NCBI GenBank assembly: GCA_902623415.1
Contig: CACNTU010000002.1
Coordinates: 10,519-74,518 of the forward strand
DNA: 64,000 nt
Source: an uncultured Pelagibacteraceae bacterium
Lineage (GTDB): Bacteria > Pseudomonadota > Alphaproteobacteria > Pelagibacterales > Pelagibacteraceae
Direction of reading: 5' to 3'
Shown: positions 54,125-64,000 of the stretch, piece by piece
How the letters are laid out: each line of letters begins with the position of its first letter
How positions within the stretch are numbered: position 1 is the first letter of the stretch
The notes under the pieces: generated by a model
Told to the model about the DNA's origin: nothing
Seen by the model: only the letters and a program-made list of their open reading frames with translations
The model's database searches: none
Translations under genes and position numbers: made by a program

Positions 54125-54526
54125 CTAACCAATTAATGCCGTGGTGAGGTGTCTTTTATCTAATTTGCAGTCGCTGTATCCACGTTTAACTATATTTAAA
54201 TATCTTTCAGTAGGAAATTTAAAAGGTGTTTTTTTTACCATTGTGTAAGTCATCACTTTTTTTCCATAATAATAAAAGTAATATTTTTTATAAAGATTTG
54301 GAAAATCCTCATATACGTCTAATTTTTTTTCATCACTTTTAGAAATTTCATATAATGCACCTGGAACAATAAAATTTTTTTTTGGTTCAATATCTGCAGC
54401 TCTATACTTACTTCTAAAAGTTAATTTAAAATTCTTTAAATTTATTTTTTTTAAAAAAATACTATCTTTACATCTTCGTTTCATTTGAAAATGATGAAGA
54501 TTACTACCATAAGCAAAATACAGCAT
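54125..54526 (-). CDS. Gamma-glutamylcyclotransferase family protein
   Basis: YFAYGSNL, LDVYED motifs. Confidence 0.88.
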   Translation of the reverse strand: MLYFAYGSNLHHFQMKRRCKDSIFLKKINLKNFKLTFRSKYRAADIEPKKNFIVPGALYEISKSDEKKLDVYEDFPNLYKKYYFYYYGKKVMTYTMVKKTPFKFPTERYLNIVKRGYSDCKLDKRHLTTALIG

Positions 54527-55275
54527 TAACGATCCACTATCTCAATATTTTTCTCATTAATAAACTTCAAAATTTGGGAATTGCAATTATCAATTTTGCT
54601 TTGATCATCTGACCTTATTACTATCGAAACACCTAATTTGCCTGCATGAAAAAATGGATAACTTCCTATTTCAACTTCTTGATTGTCATACTGAACTTTT
54701 GTTAATGATTTAGCTATTTCGCTCTCAACAGTTCTCAAGCTGATTGTAAGACTTTTAATAGGTTCGCCACCAACTATACTATTAGTTAAACCTCCTAACA
54801 TTGATTTTAAAATAGATGGAACTCCTGGCAAAGAAAAAACATTTTCAACATTAAATCCTGGTGCACCACTTGTTGGATTTAAAATTAATTTTGCATTCTC
54901 TGGCATCCATGCCATTTTTTGTCTACCTTCATTAAATTCACCTGGTTGATAATAAGCTTCTAAAATTTTAAAAGCCTCTTTATGAGGTTCGTATTTAATA
55001 CCAAATGCTTTTGAAACTGATTTAGCTGTAATATCATCATGAGTAGGCCCAATACCACCAGATGTAAAAACATAGTCGTACGTTGATCTAAGTAAATTTA
55101 GAGTATCAACAATAATCTCTTCAACATCAGGTATTACTCTAACTTCTGCAACATTTACTCCAATTGAATTAAGCCAAATTGCTAAAGTTGAGGTATTTGT
55201 GTCTTGAGTTCTGCCTGACAAAATTTCATTGCCAATAATTAAAATTGATGCATTAACTTTTACTTTTTTATCCAT
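54526..55275 (-). CDS. CinA-like molybdopterin-binding domain protein
   Basis: IGNEILSGRTQDTN, GGIGPTHDDIT, LPGVP, IGSYP. Confidence 0.9.
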   Translation of the reverse strand: MDKKVKVNASILIIGNEILSGRTQDTNTSTLAIWLNSIGVNVAEVRVIPDVEEIIVDTLNLLRSTYDYVFTSGGIGPTHDDITAKSVSKAFGIKYEPHKEAFKILEAYYQPGEFNEGRQKMAWMPENAKLILNPTSGAPGFNVENVFSLPGVPSILKSMLGGLTNSIVGGEPIKSLTISLRTVESEIAKSLTKVQYDNQEVEIGSYPFFHAGKLGVSIVIRSDDQSKIDNCNSQILKFINEKNIEIVDR

Positions 55276-55295
55276 ATGAAATATATAATTTAGTA

Positions 55296-55994
55296 ATGGA
55301 ATTTACCAAGTCTTTAATAAAAGGCAAACTAATCAAACGTTATAAAAGGTTTTTTACTGACGTTAATCTAGGTAAAGAAATTGTCACAGCTCACTGTCCT
55401 AACACGGGATCAATGAAAGGATTGTTAGATGAAGGTAATGAAGTTTATTTACTTCCTAATAATGACACAAAACGAAAGCTTAAATATGGATTGGAGATTA
55501 TTAAATCTAGAAAAAATTTAGTTGGGGTAAATACCCATATTGCAAATAGAATAGTTGAGCATGGACTCAACAACAATCTTATAAATGAACTTAAAAATAA
55601 TGAATCTATAAAACCTGAGGTTTTTTTTAATAAGGAAACTAGATTTGATTTTTTGATAGAAAAAAAAGGTCAAAAAATGTTTGTTGAGGTTAAAAATGTT
55701 ACTTTATTTAGAAATAAAGATACTGCTGAATTTCCTGATGCACCAACAGCAAGAGGAATTAAGCATTTATTAACCCTTATTGATGCCATAAAAAAAAGTT
55801 ATAAAGCATACTTAATATTTTTAGTTCAAATCCAAAATATGAAATATTTTAAAATAGCTAAAGATATAGACGAAGAATATTATAAGAACTATTTAATTGC
55901 TAAAAAAGCTGGTGTTAATTTTTTAGCTTATAGATGTGATATAAGTTCTAAAAGAATTTTTATAGATAAAAAATTAAAAATTATTGATGACTGA
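55296..55994 (+). CDS. sfsA: DNA/RNA nuclease SfsA
   Basis: RYKRFF, HCPNTGSM, EVKNVT, FPDAPTARG. Confidence 0.95.
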   Translation: MEFTKSLIKGKLIKRYKRFFTDVNLGKEIVTAHCPNTGSMKGLLDEGNEVYLLPNNDTKRKLKYGLEIIKSRKNLVGVNTHIANRIVEHGLNNNLINELKNNESIKPEVFFNKETRFDFLIEKKGQKMFVEVKNVTLFRNKDTAEFPDAPTARGIKHLLTLIDAIKKSYKAYLIFLVQIQNMKYFKIAKDIDEEYYKNYLIAKKAGVNFLAYRCDISSKRIFIDKKLKIIDD

Positions 55995-56757
55995 TTATAA
56001 AGAGAAATTTGAAAAGATGAGAGTTGCAGGAAATTTAGCTGCAAGAACTTTAGATATGTTAACTGAAAATATTAAAGAAGGTGTCTCAACTGATTATATT
56101 GATAAGTTGGGATATGAATTTATAAGAGATAATGGAGGCTACTCCGCCCCACTATATTATAGAGGGTTTAAAAAATCTTTATGCACATCTTTAAACCATG
56201 TAGTGTGTCATGGAATACCTTCAGATAGAATTTTACAAGAAGGTGATGCTGTAAATGTTGATGTAACAGCTATTGTTGATGAACATTATGGTGATACAAG
56301 CAGGATGTTTTGTATTGGAAAAACCCCAGTAAAGTTAAACAATCTTATAGATGCTACTTATGAATCTATGATGAAAGCAATTAGAATTTTAAAACCTGGA
56401 ATTAAATTAGGAGATATTGGTTATGAAATTCAATCTTTTGTAGAAGAAAAAGGTTTTTCAGTCGTCAGAGATTTTTGTGGTCACGGAATAAGCACCACAT
56501 TTCATGAGCCACCAAATATTTTACACTATGGTAAAAAAAATACAGGCATGGAATTAAGACCTGGCATGACATTTACAATAGAACCGATGATAAACGCAGG
56601 TAAATACGATGTAAAAATGTTGAATGATGGTTGGACAGCAGTTACAAAAGATAAATCTTTATCTGCACAATTTGAACATACGTTAGGAATTACTGAAAAT
56701 GGTTATGAAATCTTTACAGAATCTGCTAAAGGTTATTCAAAGCCTCCATACTTATAA
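55987..56757 (+). CDS. map: Methionine aminopeptidase type I
   Basis: VCHGIP, GDTSRMF, CGHGI, FTIEPM, AQFEHT. Confidence 0.97.
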   Translation: MTDYKEKFEKMRVAGNLAARTLDMLTENIKEGVSTDYIDKLGYEFIRDNGGYSAPLYYRGFKKSLCTSLNHVVCHGIPSDRILQEGDAVNVDVTAIVDEHYGDTSRMFCIGKTPVKLNNLIDATYESMMKAIRILKPGIKLGDIGYEIQSFVEEKGFSVVRDFCGHGISTTFHEPPNILHYGKKNTGMELRPGMTFTIEPMINAGKYDVKMLNDGWTAVTKDKSLSAQFEHTLGITENGYEIFTESAKGYSKPPYL

Positions 56758-56760
56758 TTA

Positions 56761-58053
56761 ATGATTAAAAGATACTCGCGAAAAGAATTAACTTATATTT
56801 GGTCAGAAGAAAATAAATATAAAATCTGGTTAGATGTTGAGGTTGCAGCAGCAGAAGCAATGGAAAAACTTGGTCAAATTCCAAGAGGTGTTGCCTCAAT
56901 AGTTAAAAAAAAAGCTAGAATTAATGTAAGCAGAATTCACAAAATAGAATCTGAGGTAAAACATGACGTAATAGCATTTCTTACCTCTGTAACTGAAAAA
57001 GCTGGAATTAAAGCACGTTACCTACATCAAGGAATGACATCATCAGATGTTTTAGATACTAGTTTTAATATTCAATTAGTCCAATCAGGTAAAATAATTT
57101 TAAAAGATATAGATCAAATTTTAAAAGTTTTAAAAAAACAATCCAAAAAATATAAATTTACACCGTGTATGGGAAGAAGCCACGGTATCCATGCTGAACC
57201 AATTACTTTTGGATTAAAATTGGCTTCGTTTTATGAGGAATTTAAAAGAAACAGAAATAGATTGAAAAATGCAATCGATGAAGTATCAACCTGTGCAATA
57301 TCTGGCGCTGTTGGAACATTTGCCAACATCCATCCAAATGTTGAAAAACATGTGGCAAAAAAATTAGGACTGAAAGTTGAACCAATTTCTACACAAATAA
57401 TTCCAAGAGATAGACATGCATTTTATTTTTCTGTTTTAGGCATTATTGCAGGGTCTATTGAAAGAGTAGCAGTTGAAATAAGGCATCTACAAAGAACTGA
57501 AGTTTATGAATTACAAGAATATTTTTCTAAAAATCAAAAAGGTTCTTCAGCGATGCCTCATAAAAAAAATCCAATCTTAAGCGAAAACTTAACAGGCTTA
57601 GCTAGGATGGTTAGAAGTGCAGTTGTTCCAGCACTTGAAAATATAGCACTTTGGCATGAAAGAGACATTTCTCATTCAAGTGTTGAAAGAAATATCGGAC
57701 CAGATGCTAATATAACAACTGATTTTGCATTGGTTAGACTTACAAATATTTTGGATAACATGATTGTTTATCCTAAAAAAATGCTTGAAAATTTAAATTT
57801 AACAAAAGGTTTAATTTTCTCTCAAGAAGTTATGTTGGAACTAACTAAAAAAGGATTAAGCAGAGAAAAATCTTATAAATTAGTACAATCTTATGCAAAA
57901 AAATGTTTTGCGGAAAATTTAAACTTAATTGATGTCATTTCATCTGATAAATTTATAATGAGTAAAATTTCCCCAAAAAAACTAAAATCTATATTTAATT
58001 ATTCTAAACACTTTAAAAATGTAAATTTAATCTTTAGAAGAGTTTTTAAATAA
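56761..58053 (+). CDS. purB: Adenylosuccinate lyase
   Basis: HDVIAF, GRSHGIHAEP, GSSAMPHKKNP. Confidence 0.97.
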   Translation: MIKRYSRKELTYIWSEENKYKIWLDVEVAAAEAMEKLGQIPRGVASIVKKKARINVSRIHKIESEVKHDVIAFLTSVTEKAGIKARYLHQGMTSSDVLDTSFNIQLVQSGKIILKDIDQILKVLKKQSKKYKFTPCMGRSHGIHAEPITFGLKLASFYEEFKRNRNRLKNAIDEVSTCAISGAVGTFANIHPNVEKHVAKKLGLKVEPISTQIIPRDRHAFYFSVLGIIAGSIERVAVEIRHLQRTEVYELQEYFSKNQKGSSAMPHKKNPILSENLTGLARMVRSAVVPALENIALWHERDISHSSVERNIGPDANITTDFALVRLTNILDNMIVYPKKMLENLNLTKGLIFSQEVMLELTKKGLSREKSYKLVQSYAKKCFAENLNLIDVISSDKFIMSKISPKKLKSIFNYSKHFKNVNLIFRRVFK

Positions 58054-58838
58054 TGAAAAAAGGTAAAAAATTATACGAAGGTAAAGCTAAAATCATTTAT
58101 GCAACAAATGATAAAAACTTAGTTATCCAATATTTTAAAGATGATGCAACTGCATTTAATAATCAAAAAAAAACAACCATAGAAGGTAAAGGGGTTTTAA
58201 ATAACAGAATATCTGAACACATACTTTCAAACTTATCTGAGGTTGGAATTAAAAATCATTTAGTAAAAAGAATTAATATGAGAGAACAATTAGTTAAGCT
58301 AGTTGATATAATACCTATAGAATTTATAGTAAGAAATATTGCAACCGGATCATTAACTAAAAGATTGGGTATCGAGGAAGGAACTGTCCTTGAACGACCA
58401 TTGATAGAATACTGTCTTAAAGACGATAAGCTTGGAGATCCAATAATTAGTCGTGAGCATATTTTAACTTTTAATTGGCTTAATGTGATGCAGCTTAATT
58501 GGATAGATGAAAATCTATCTAGATTAAATGATTTTTTACTAGGAATGTTTAGAGGTGTCGGAATAAAATTAGTAGATTTTAAAGTTGAATTTGGCTTCAC
58601 TCATGAAAGTGAAAAAAATCAAATTATATTAGCTGATGAAATAAGCCCTGATACATGTAGATTGTGGGATACTTTAACTGATAAAAAACTTGATAAAGAC
58701 AGATTTAGAAAAGATTTAGGAGATCTTATTCCCGCTTATACAGAAGTTGCAAAAAGACTTGGAATACTTCATGAACAATCAAATGTTTCTGCTGTTAATG
58801 TCACCCAACTGTCATCGGTAAAAAGAAAGAAAAAATGA
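58053..58838 (+). CDS. purC: SAICAR synthase
   Basis: LYEGKAK, DFKVEFG, ADEISPDTCRLWD. Confidence 0.97.
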   Translation: MKKGKKLYEGKAKIIYATNDKNLVIQYFKDDATAFNNQKKTTIEGKGVLNNRISEHILSNLSEVGIKNHLVKRINMREQLVKLVDIIPIEFIVRNIATGSLTKRLGIEEGTVLERPLIEYCLKDDKLGDPIISREHILTFNWLNVMQLNWIDENLSRLNDFLLGMFRGVGIKLVDFKVEFGFTHESEKNQIILADEISPDTCRLWDTLTDKKLDKDRFRKDLGDLIPAYTEVAKRLGILHEQSNVSAVNVTQLSSVKRKKK

Positions 58839-59077
58839 AAATTTCAGTAATCATTACTTTAAAAAAAGATGTACTTGATCCACAAGGAAAAATCATTCAT
58901 CAAACTTTGGATGGAATGGGTTTCAATGATGTAAATGAAGTAAGACAAGGGAAGTATTTTGAAATAGACACTAAAGAAACTGATAACGACAAAGCAAAAG
59001 CAAAAGTTGAAGAAATGTGTAAAAAACTTTTGGCAAATCTTGTAATAGAAAATTATAAAATTATTGATCCAAAGTAA
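58835..59077 (+). CDS. purS: FGAM synthase subunit PurS
   Basis: VLDPQG, VRQGK, LLANLVIENY. Confidence 0.96.
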   Translation: MKISVIITLKKDVLDPQGKIIHQTLDGMGFNDVNEVRQGKYFEIDTKETDNDKAKAKVEEMCKKLLANLVIENYKIIDPK

Positions 59078-59080
59078 TTA

Positions 59081-59764
59081 ATGAAATCATCAGTTATTAC
59101 TTTTCCTGGTTCAAATTGCGACAGAGATATGGATGTTGCTCTAAAAAAATTTGGGTTCAAAAATAAAATGGTATGGCATGCAGATGCTGAATTACCAAAA
59201 AGTGATTTAGTTGTATTACCAGGTGGATTTTCATATGGGGACTACTTAAGATGTGGAAGCATGGCATCAAAATCAAAAATAATGCAGTCTGTAATTAATT
59301 TTGCAAATTCGGGTGGTATGGTTATGGGTATCTGTAATGGATTTCAAATATTAGTAGAAACTGGTTTAGTTCCAGGTGTTTTGCTTAGAAACAAATATTT
59401 AGAATTTATTTGTAAAAACGTTTTTGTAAAAATTAATGATAAAAAAAATAAATATTTTAAAAATGTTAATAGCGAAGTTTTAGAATTCCATATAGCCCAT
59501 AATGAAGGAAATTATTTTTGTACCAATGATCAATTAAAAGAAATTGAGGATAATAATCAAATAGCTATCAACTATTGTGATGAAAATGGAAAAATAGAAG
59601 ATCAATTTAATCCTAATGGATCCATAAAAAATATTGCTGGTATATTTAATAAAGAAAAAAATGTTCTAGGAATGATGCCCCACCCTGAAAGAATGATTGA
59701 TAAATCATTATCTGGTGAGGATGGATCATTATTTTTTATAAATTTAATAAATAACTTAAAATGA
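59081..59764 (+). CDS. purQ: FGAM synthase glutaminase subunit PurQ
   Basis: FPGSNCD, PGGFSYGDYLR, GICNGFQ, MMPHPER. Confidence 0.97.
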   Translation: MKSSVITFPGSNCDRDMDVALKKFGFKNKMVWHADAELPKSDLVVLPGGFSYGDYLRCGSMASKSKIMQSVINFANSGGMVMGICNGFQILVETGLVPGVLLRNKYLEFICKNVFVKINDKKNKYFKNVNSEVLEFHIAHNEGNYFCTNDQLKEIEDNNQIAINYCDENGKIEDQFNPNGSIKNIAGIFNKEKNVLGMMPHPERMIDKSLSGEDGSLFFINLINNLK

Positions 59765-61953
59765 TTGTAAACGAACAAGTAGCAATTGATCATGGTTTGA
59801 AAAAAGATGAATACGCTAAAATTTGTGAGCTATTGAAGAGAACTCCCAATATCACAGAACTGGGGATTTTTTCTGCAATGTGGAATGAACATTGTTCTTA
59901 TAAATCATCAAGATTGCATTTAAAAAAACTACCTACTAAAGGAAAAAAAGTTATTCAAGGTCCTGGAGAAAATGCTGGTGTTATTGATATTGAGGATAAT
60001 GATGCAATAGTTTTTAAAATAGAAAGCCACAATCATCCCTCATTTATTGAACCGTACCAAGGAGCAGCCACTGGCGTTGGTGGCATAATGCGTGATGTTT
60101 TTACAATGGGTGCAAGACCAATAGCTAACTTAAACTCTATTCATTTTGGATCACCACAACATAAAAAAACGAAAAATTTATTAAGAGGAGTTGTTCATGG
60201 AATAGGTGGTTATGGAAACTGCATGGGTGTTCCAACAATCGCTGGCCAAACAAGCTTTGATAGCTCCTATAATGGAAATATTTTAGTTAACGCTATGACT
60301 TTAGGATTAGTCAAAAAAGATAAGATTTTTTACTCTAAAGCAGCTGGTTTAAATAAGCCTGTTATTTATGTTGGGTCTAAAACTGGAAGAGATGGAATAC
60401 ATGGTGCAAGTATGGCTTCAGCTAGTTTTGATGAAAAAATTGAGGAAAAGAAACCAACAGTTCAAGTTGGAGATCCGTTTACTGAAAAACTTTTACTAGA
60501 AGCTTGTTTGGAGTTAATGGCTGGAGATTCAATTATAGCAATTCAAGATATGGGTGCTGCGGGATTAACTTCTTCAAGTATTGAAATGGCTTCAAAAGGA
60601 AACCTTGGAATAGAAATTAATTTAAACAAAGTACCATGTAGAGAAGCCAAGATGACACCTTATGAAATAATGCTATCAGAGAGTCAAGAAAGAATGTTGA
60701 TTGTTTTAGAAAACGGTAAAGAAGATCACGCAAAAAAAATATTTGATAAATGGAACTTAGATTTTGCAGTAATTGGTAAGACTACAAAGTCAAAAAAAAT
60801 AGAGCTTTATTTTGATGAAGAAAAAGTTGCAGATATTCCAGTAAATACCTTGGTTGAAAACTCTCCTATGTATGATCGTAAATGGAAAAAAGCAAAACTT
60901 CCAAAAAAGAATAGAATTAAAAAAGAAGACATTAAACATTTAAAAATTATTGATGTATTAAAGAAAATTTTAGCTAATCCAAATGTATGTAGTAAAGAAT
61001 GGATTTGGCAACAATATGATCATACGGTAATGGGAGATACAATACAAAAACCAGGAGGGGACGCAGGTGTTGTAAGAGTTCATGGAACAGATAAAGCAGT
61101 CGCTGCTTCAGTAGATTCCTCTGCAGTTTATTGTTGGGCACATCCTTTAACTGGTGGAAAACAAGTAGTTTGTGAAAGTTTTAGAAATCTTATTTCTGTT
61201 GGCGCTAAACCAATTGCTATCACTAACTGTTTAAATTTTGGAAGCCCTGAAAATGAGGAAAATATGGGTGAGTTTGTTGAATGTGTTCAAGGCATTGGTG
61301 AAGCAAGCGAATATTTAAAGTTTCCAGTAGTTTCTGGAAATGTATCTTTTTATAACCAAACCAAAGAGCAAGGTATAAAACCAACACCTGCAATTGGTGG
61401 TGTTGGGTTAATCAAACATTATAAAAATATGATTACTATGGATTTTAAAGAAGTTGATAACTTAGTTTTAGTAATTGGAAAAACTGAAGGACATATTGAT
61501 CAAAGTTTATTTGCAAGAAATATTTTAGATGAAAAAAATGGACCACCACCAGAGGTAAATTTATTTAATGAAAAAAATAATGGAGAAACATTGCTTAAAT
61601 TGATTGATAATAAATTAATAAAAAGTTCACACGATGTTTCTTTAGGTGGCATAATTACTGCGGTTGCAAAAATGTGTATTAAAGGAAATAAAGGAATAAA
61701 TATTAAAAAACCTAAATATCTTATTAATGAAATAGAATACTTGTTCGCGGAAGATCAAGGTCGGTATATTATAGAAATAAATAATAAAGATTTTAAAAAA
61801 GTAGCAGATATATTGAATAAAAATGCAGTCCATTTTGATGAACTTGGTAAAATTAATGAAAATGAACTATATATTAACGATAAGACAAAAGTTACAATTG
61901 ACGAATTATCAACTTCGAATAAAAGTTGGCTTACAAATTATATGAGTAAATAA
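59761..61953 (+). CDS. purL: FGAM synthase subunit PurL
   Basis: WNEHCSYKSS, ESHNHPS, DMGAAG, SESQERM. Confidence 0.98.
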   Translation: MIVNEQVAIDHGLKKDEYAKICELLKRTPNITELGIFSAMWNEHCSYKSSRLHLKKLPTKGKKVIQGPGENAGVIDIEDNDAIVFKIESHNHPSFIEPYQGAATGVGGIMRDVFTMGARPIANLNSIHFGSPQHKKTKNLLRGVVHGIGGYGNCMGVPTIAGQTSFDSSYNGNILVNAMTLGLVKKDKIFYSKAAGLNKPVIYVGSKTGRDGIHGASMASASFDEKIEEKKPTVQVGDPFTEKLLLEACLELMAGDSIIAIQDMGAAGLTSSSIEMASKGNLGIEINLNKVPCREAKMTPYEIMLSESQERMLIVLENGKEDHAKKIFDKWNLDFAVIGKTTKSKKIELYFDEEKVADIPVNTLVENSPMYDRKWKKAKLPKKNRIKKEDIKHLKIIDVLKKILANPNVCSKEWIWQQYDHTVMGDTIQKPGGDAGVVRVHGTDKAVAASVDSSAVYCWAHPLTGGKQVVCESFRNLISVGAKPIAITNCLNFGSPENEENMGEFVECVQGIGEASEYLKFPVVSGNVSFYNQTKEQGIKPTPAIGGVGLIKHYKNMITMDFKEVDNLVLVIGKTEGHIDQSLFARNILDEKNGPPPEVNLFNEKNNGETLLKLIDNKLIKSSHDVSLGGIITAVAKMCIKGNKGINIKKPKYLINEIEYLFAEDQGRYIIEINNKDFKKVADILNKNAVHFDELGKINENELYINDKTKVTIDELSTSNKSWLTNYMSK

Positions 61954-62183
61954 TGGCAATGGATTTAAAAGAAATTGAGAGTTTTATAAAAGAGGCCATG
62001 CCAGATGCAGTTGTTGAAATACAAGATTTGGCAGGTGATGGAAATCATTATTCAGCTACCGTTACCTCTTCTCAATTTTCTGGAAAAAGTAAAATTGAAC
62101 AACATAAAATGGTTTATAACTCATTAAAAGGTAGAATGGGTAATGAACTGCATGCATTAGCAATTAAAACAAAGGAGAGTTAA
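61953..62183 (+). CDS. BolA family protein
   Basis: GDGNHY, HKMVY, ELHALAI; adjacent to grxD. Confidence 0.93.
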   Translation: MAMDLKEIESFIKEAMPDAVVEIQDLAGDGNHYSATVTSSQFSGKSKIEQHKMVYNSLKGRMGNELHALAIKTKES

Positions 62184-62184
62184 A

Positions 62185-62523
62185 ATGGATCAACAAACAA
62201 ATGATTTAATAAAAAATGAAATTGAAAACAATGAAGTATGTTTGTTTATGAAAGGTACACCTGACGCTCCACAATGTGGATTTTCAATGGCTACTTCGAA
62301 TATTTTAAAAATCTTAGAAGTAAATTTTAAAGGTATAAATGTTTTAGAAAATCAAAATTTAAGAGAGGGTATTAAAGTTTTTAGTGATTGGCCAACTATC
62401 CCACAACTTTATGTTAAAAATGAATTTATAGGTGGATGCGATATTATTAAAGAAATGTATGAAAGCGGTGAATTGGCAAAACTTTTTGAAAGCAAAAATA
62501 TAAATTTTAAGGCTAAAAGTTAA
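62185..62523 (+). CDS. grxD: Monothiol glutaredoxin
   Basis: KGTP..PQCGFS, WPTIPQLY, GGCD. Confidence 0.95.
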   Translation: MDQQTNDLIKNEIENNEVCLFMKGTPDAPQCGFSMATSNILKILEVNFKGINVLENQNLREGIKVFSDWPTIPQLYVKNEFIGGCDIIKEMYESGELAKLFESKNINFKAKS

Positions 62524-63141
62524 TTATCTAGAATAATATTCAATTACTAGATTAGGCTCCATGACAATTGGATATGGAACTTCTTCAAACTTTGGAACTC
62601 TAACAAACTTTAATTTTTTGTTTTTTTCATCCATCTGAATATATTCTGGAGTTTCTCTTTCTTTGTTTGCAAGAGCAATATCGATTATTGCAAGTTGTTT
62701 TGATTTATCTCTTATCTCAATTGAATCTTCTTCTCTTACTAAATAGCTTCCAATATTCACTTTTTTGCCGTTTACTTTCACATGACCGTGATTAATTAAT
62801 TGTCTAGCTGAAAAAATTGTTGTTGCAAATTTTGCTCTGTAAATCACAGCATCTAATCTTCTTTCAAGAAGACCAATTAAATTTTCTCCAGTATCACCTT
62901 TTAGCATTACTGCTTTTTTGTAAATATTTCTAAATTGTCTCTCGTTAATGTTGCCATAATATGCTTTTAATTTTTGCTTTGCTTGAAGCTGTATTCCATA
63001 ATCAGATGGCTTTGATGTTTTTGTTTGACCATGTTGTCCTGGTCCATAAGCTCTAGTGTTAAAGGGACTTTTGGGTCTTCCCCAAAGGTTAACTTTTAAT
63101 CTTCTGTCTACTTTATGTTTAGAGTTTAATCTTTTTGTCAT
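62524..63141 (-). CDS. rpsD: 30S ribosomal protein S4
   Basis: [25 protein letters not shown]. Confidence 0.98.
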   Translation of the reverse strand: MTKRLNSKHKVDRRLKVNLWGRPKSPFNTRAYGPGQHGQTKTSKPSDYGIQLQAKQKLKAYYGNINERQFRNIYKKAVMLKGDTGENLIGLLERRLDAVIYRAKFATTIFSARQLINHGHVKVNGKKVNIGSYLVREEDSIEIRDKSKQLAIIDIALANKERETPEYIQMDEKNKKLKFVRVPKFEEVPYPIVMEPNLVIEYYSR

Positions 63142-63181
63142 TTGATAGTGGGCTTTATAAACTTACTCATCATTTTGTCAA

Positions 63182-63895
63182 TCAACGTTTTTTACCTAAA
63201 CTTGCAAATACCCCTGATAAAATACGTGTTTCTTTGGTTGATAATTCCATCCTATAAAAAATATTCCTCAAGTTTTCAAGCATTATTGGCTTCTTCTCTT
63301 TTGATTTAAAAAAATTAATCTCTTCAAGATTCTGTATACATAGGTTTGCCATAGCAACTATTTCTTTTTTAGATGCTGATTTAACTTTATTTGATTTCTT
63401 AAAAGAAGATGCATTTGAATTAATTATACTTGATAGATATTGAGCAATTATTATTAAGCTGTGAGATAGATTTAATGATTTAAAATCAGGATTTGTCGGA
63501 ATTTGAAGAGTATAATTTGCATAGCTTACTTCATTATTTGATAGACCAGATGCTTCTGAACCAAATAAAAAAGCTATTTTTTTTCTATAATTAAGTTTTT
63601 TTAAATCTTCTAACTGAATATGTTTAATATTTTTATTTCTAAATCGTGCTGATGTTGCAATTACAATATCAATATTTTTTAAAGATTTTTCTAAATTTTC
63701 AAAATTCTTTGCTTTGTTAATTATATTTTTTGCCCCTACTGAGGTTGCTAAAATTTTATCATTTGGAAATATTGGTTTAGGATCAATAACAATAAGTTTA
63801 TTAAAATTAAAATTTTTCATCCCCCTTGCACATGCTCCAATATTTTCAGAGAGTTGAGGTTTGTGTAAAATGAAAGAAATATTATTTATAGACAT
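63182..63895 (-). CDS. TrmJ/LasT family tRNA methyltransferase
   Basis: ENIGACARGMKNF, FGSEASGL, SLNLSH. Confidence 0.9.
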   Translation of the reverse strand: MSINNISFILHKPQLSENIGACARGMKNFNFNKLIVIDPKPIFPNDKILATSVGAKNIINKAKNFENLEKSLKNIDIVIATSARFRNKNIKHIQLEDLKKLNYRKKIAFLFGSEASGLSNNEVSYANYTLQIPTNPDFKSLNLSHSLIIIAQYLSSIINSNASSFKKSNKVKSASKKEIVAMANLCIQNLEEINFFKSKEKKPIMLENLRNIFYRMELSTKETRILSGVFASLGKKR

Positions 63896-64000
63896 TAATC
63901 TATGCCATGATTTCTATTATAATTAGAAATAGCTGATTTTTTGATATCATTTAAATATTTAGGATCTACTGTCCAAATAGAAACTTTTAATGGATAACAT
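63895..64000 (-). CDS. 3' end of an unidentified CDS (5' part outside window)
   Basis: Open frame ...CYPLKVSIWTVDPKYLNDIKKSAISNYNRNHGID* whose stop overlaps the next start (TAATG). Confidence 0.5.
   Translation of the reverse strand, partial: CYPLKVSIWTVDPKYLNDIKKSAISNYNRNHGID

Noticed and set aside
1645-61833. Numerous 60-130 aa antisense or alternate-frame ORFs (e.g. 1645-1917, 22630-22959, 38675-39058, 47683-47919, 52775-53026, 58256-58600)
   Set aside because: They lie within well-supported genes and have no recognisable motifs; typical shadow ORFs.

Overview
AT-rich, tightly packed alphaproteobacterial chromosome segment; gene content and near-zero intergenic spacing point to Pelagibacterales (SAR11), which is an inference. 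Most of the window is core genome: gatCA, yqgF-pyrB-pyrC-plsY-topA, galU-ugd, panC, mgtE, lipB, the tuf-secE-nusG-rplKAJL-rpoBC-str-S10-spc-alpha supercluster, five intact tRNAs, map, purB-C-S-Q-L, bolA-grxD and rpsD. The accessory block at about 43.8-53.1 kb is the notable part. It holds eight type IV pilin-like genes with a near-identical N-terminal helix and highly divergent C-terminal domains, arranged as three tandem arrays in small islands anchored at tRNA-Thr(TGT) and tRNA-Leu(TAA). No integrase is encoded in the window. The islands are bounded by partial tRNA copies that break at or beside the anticodon stem-loop and carry island-specific 11-bp-period tandem repeats near their ends (arm-site-like). 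Two arrays end in a truncated pilin 'AFTLIE' coding stub lying exactly at the edge of a 189-bp duplicated module. A DNA methyltransferase/Mrr-like fusion sits in a separate island on the 3' side of the same tRNA-Leu. Proposed reading (inference): a trans-mobilised pilin-cassette diversification system.
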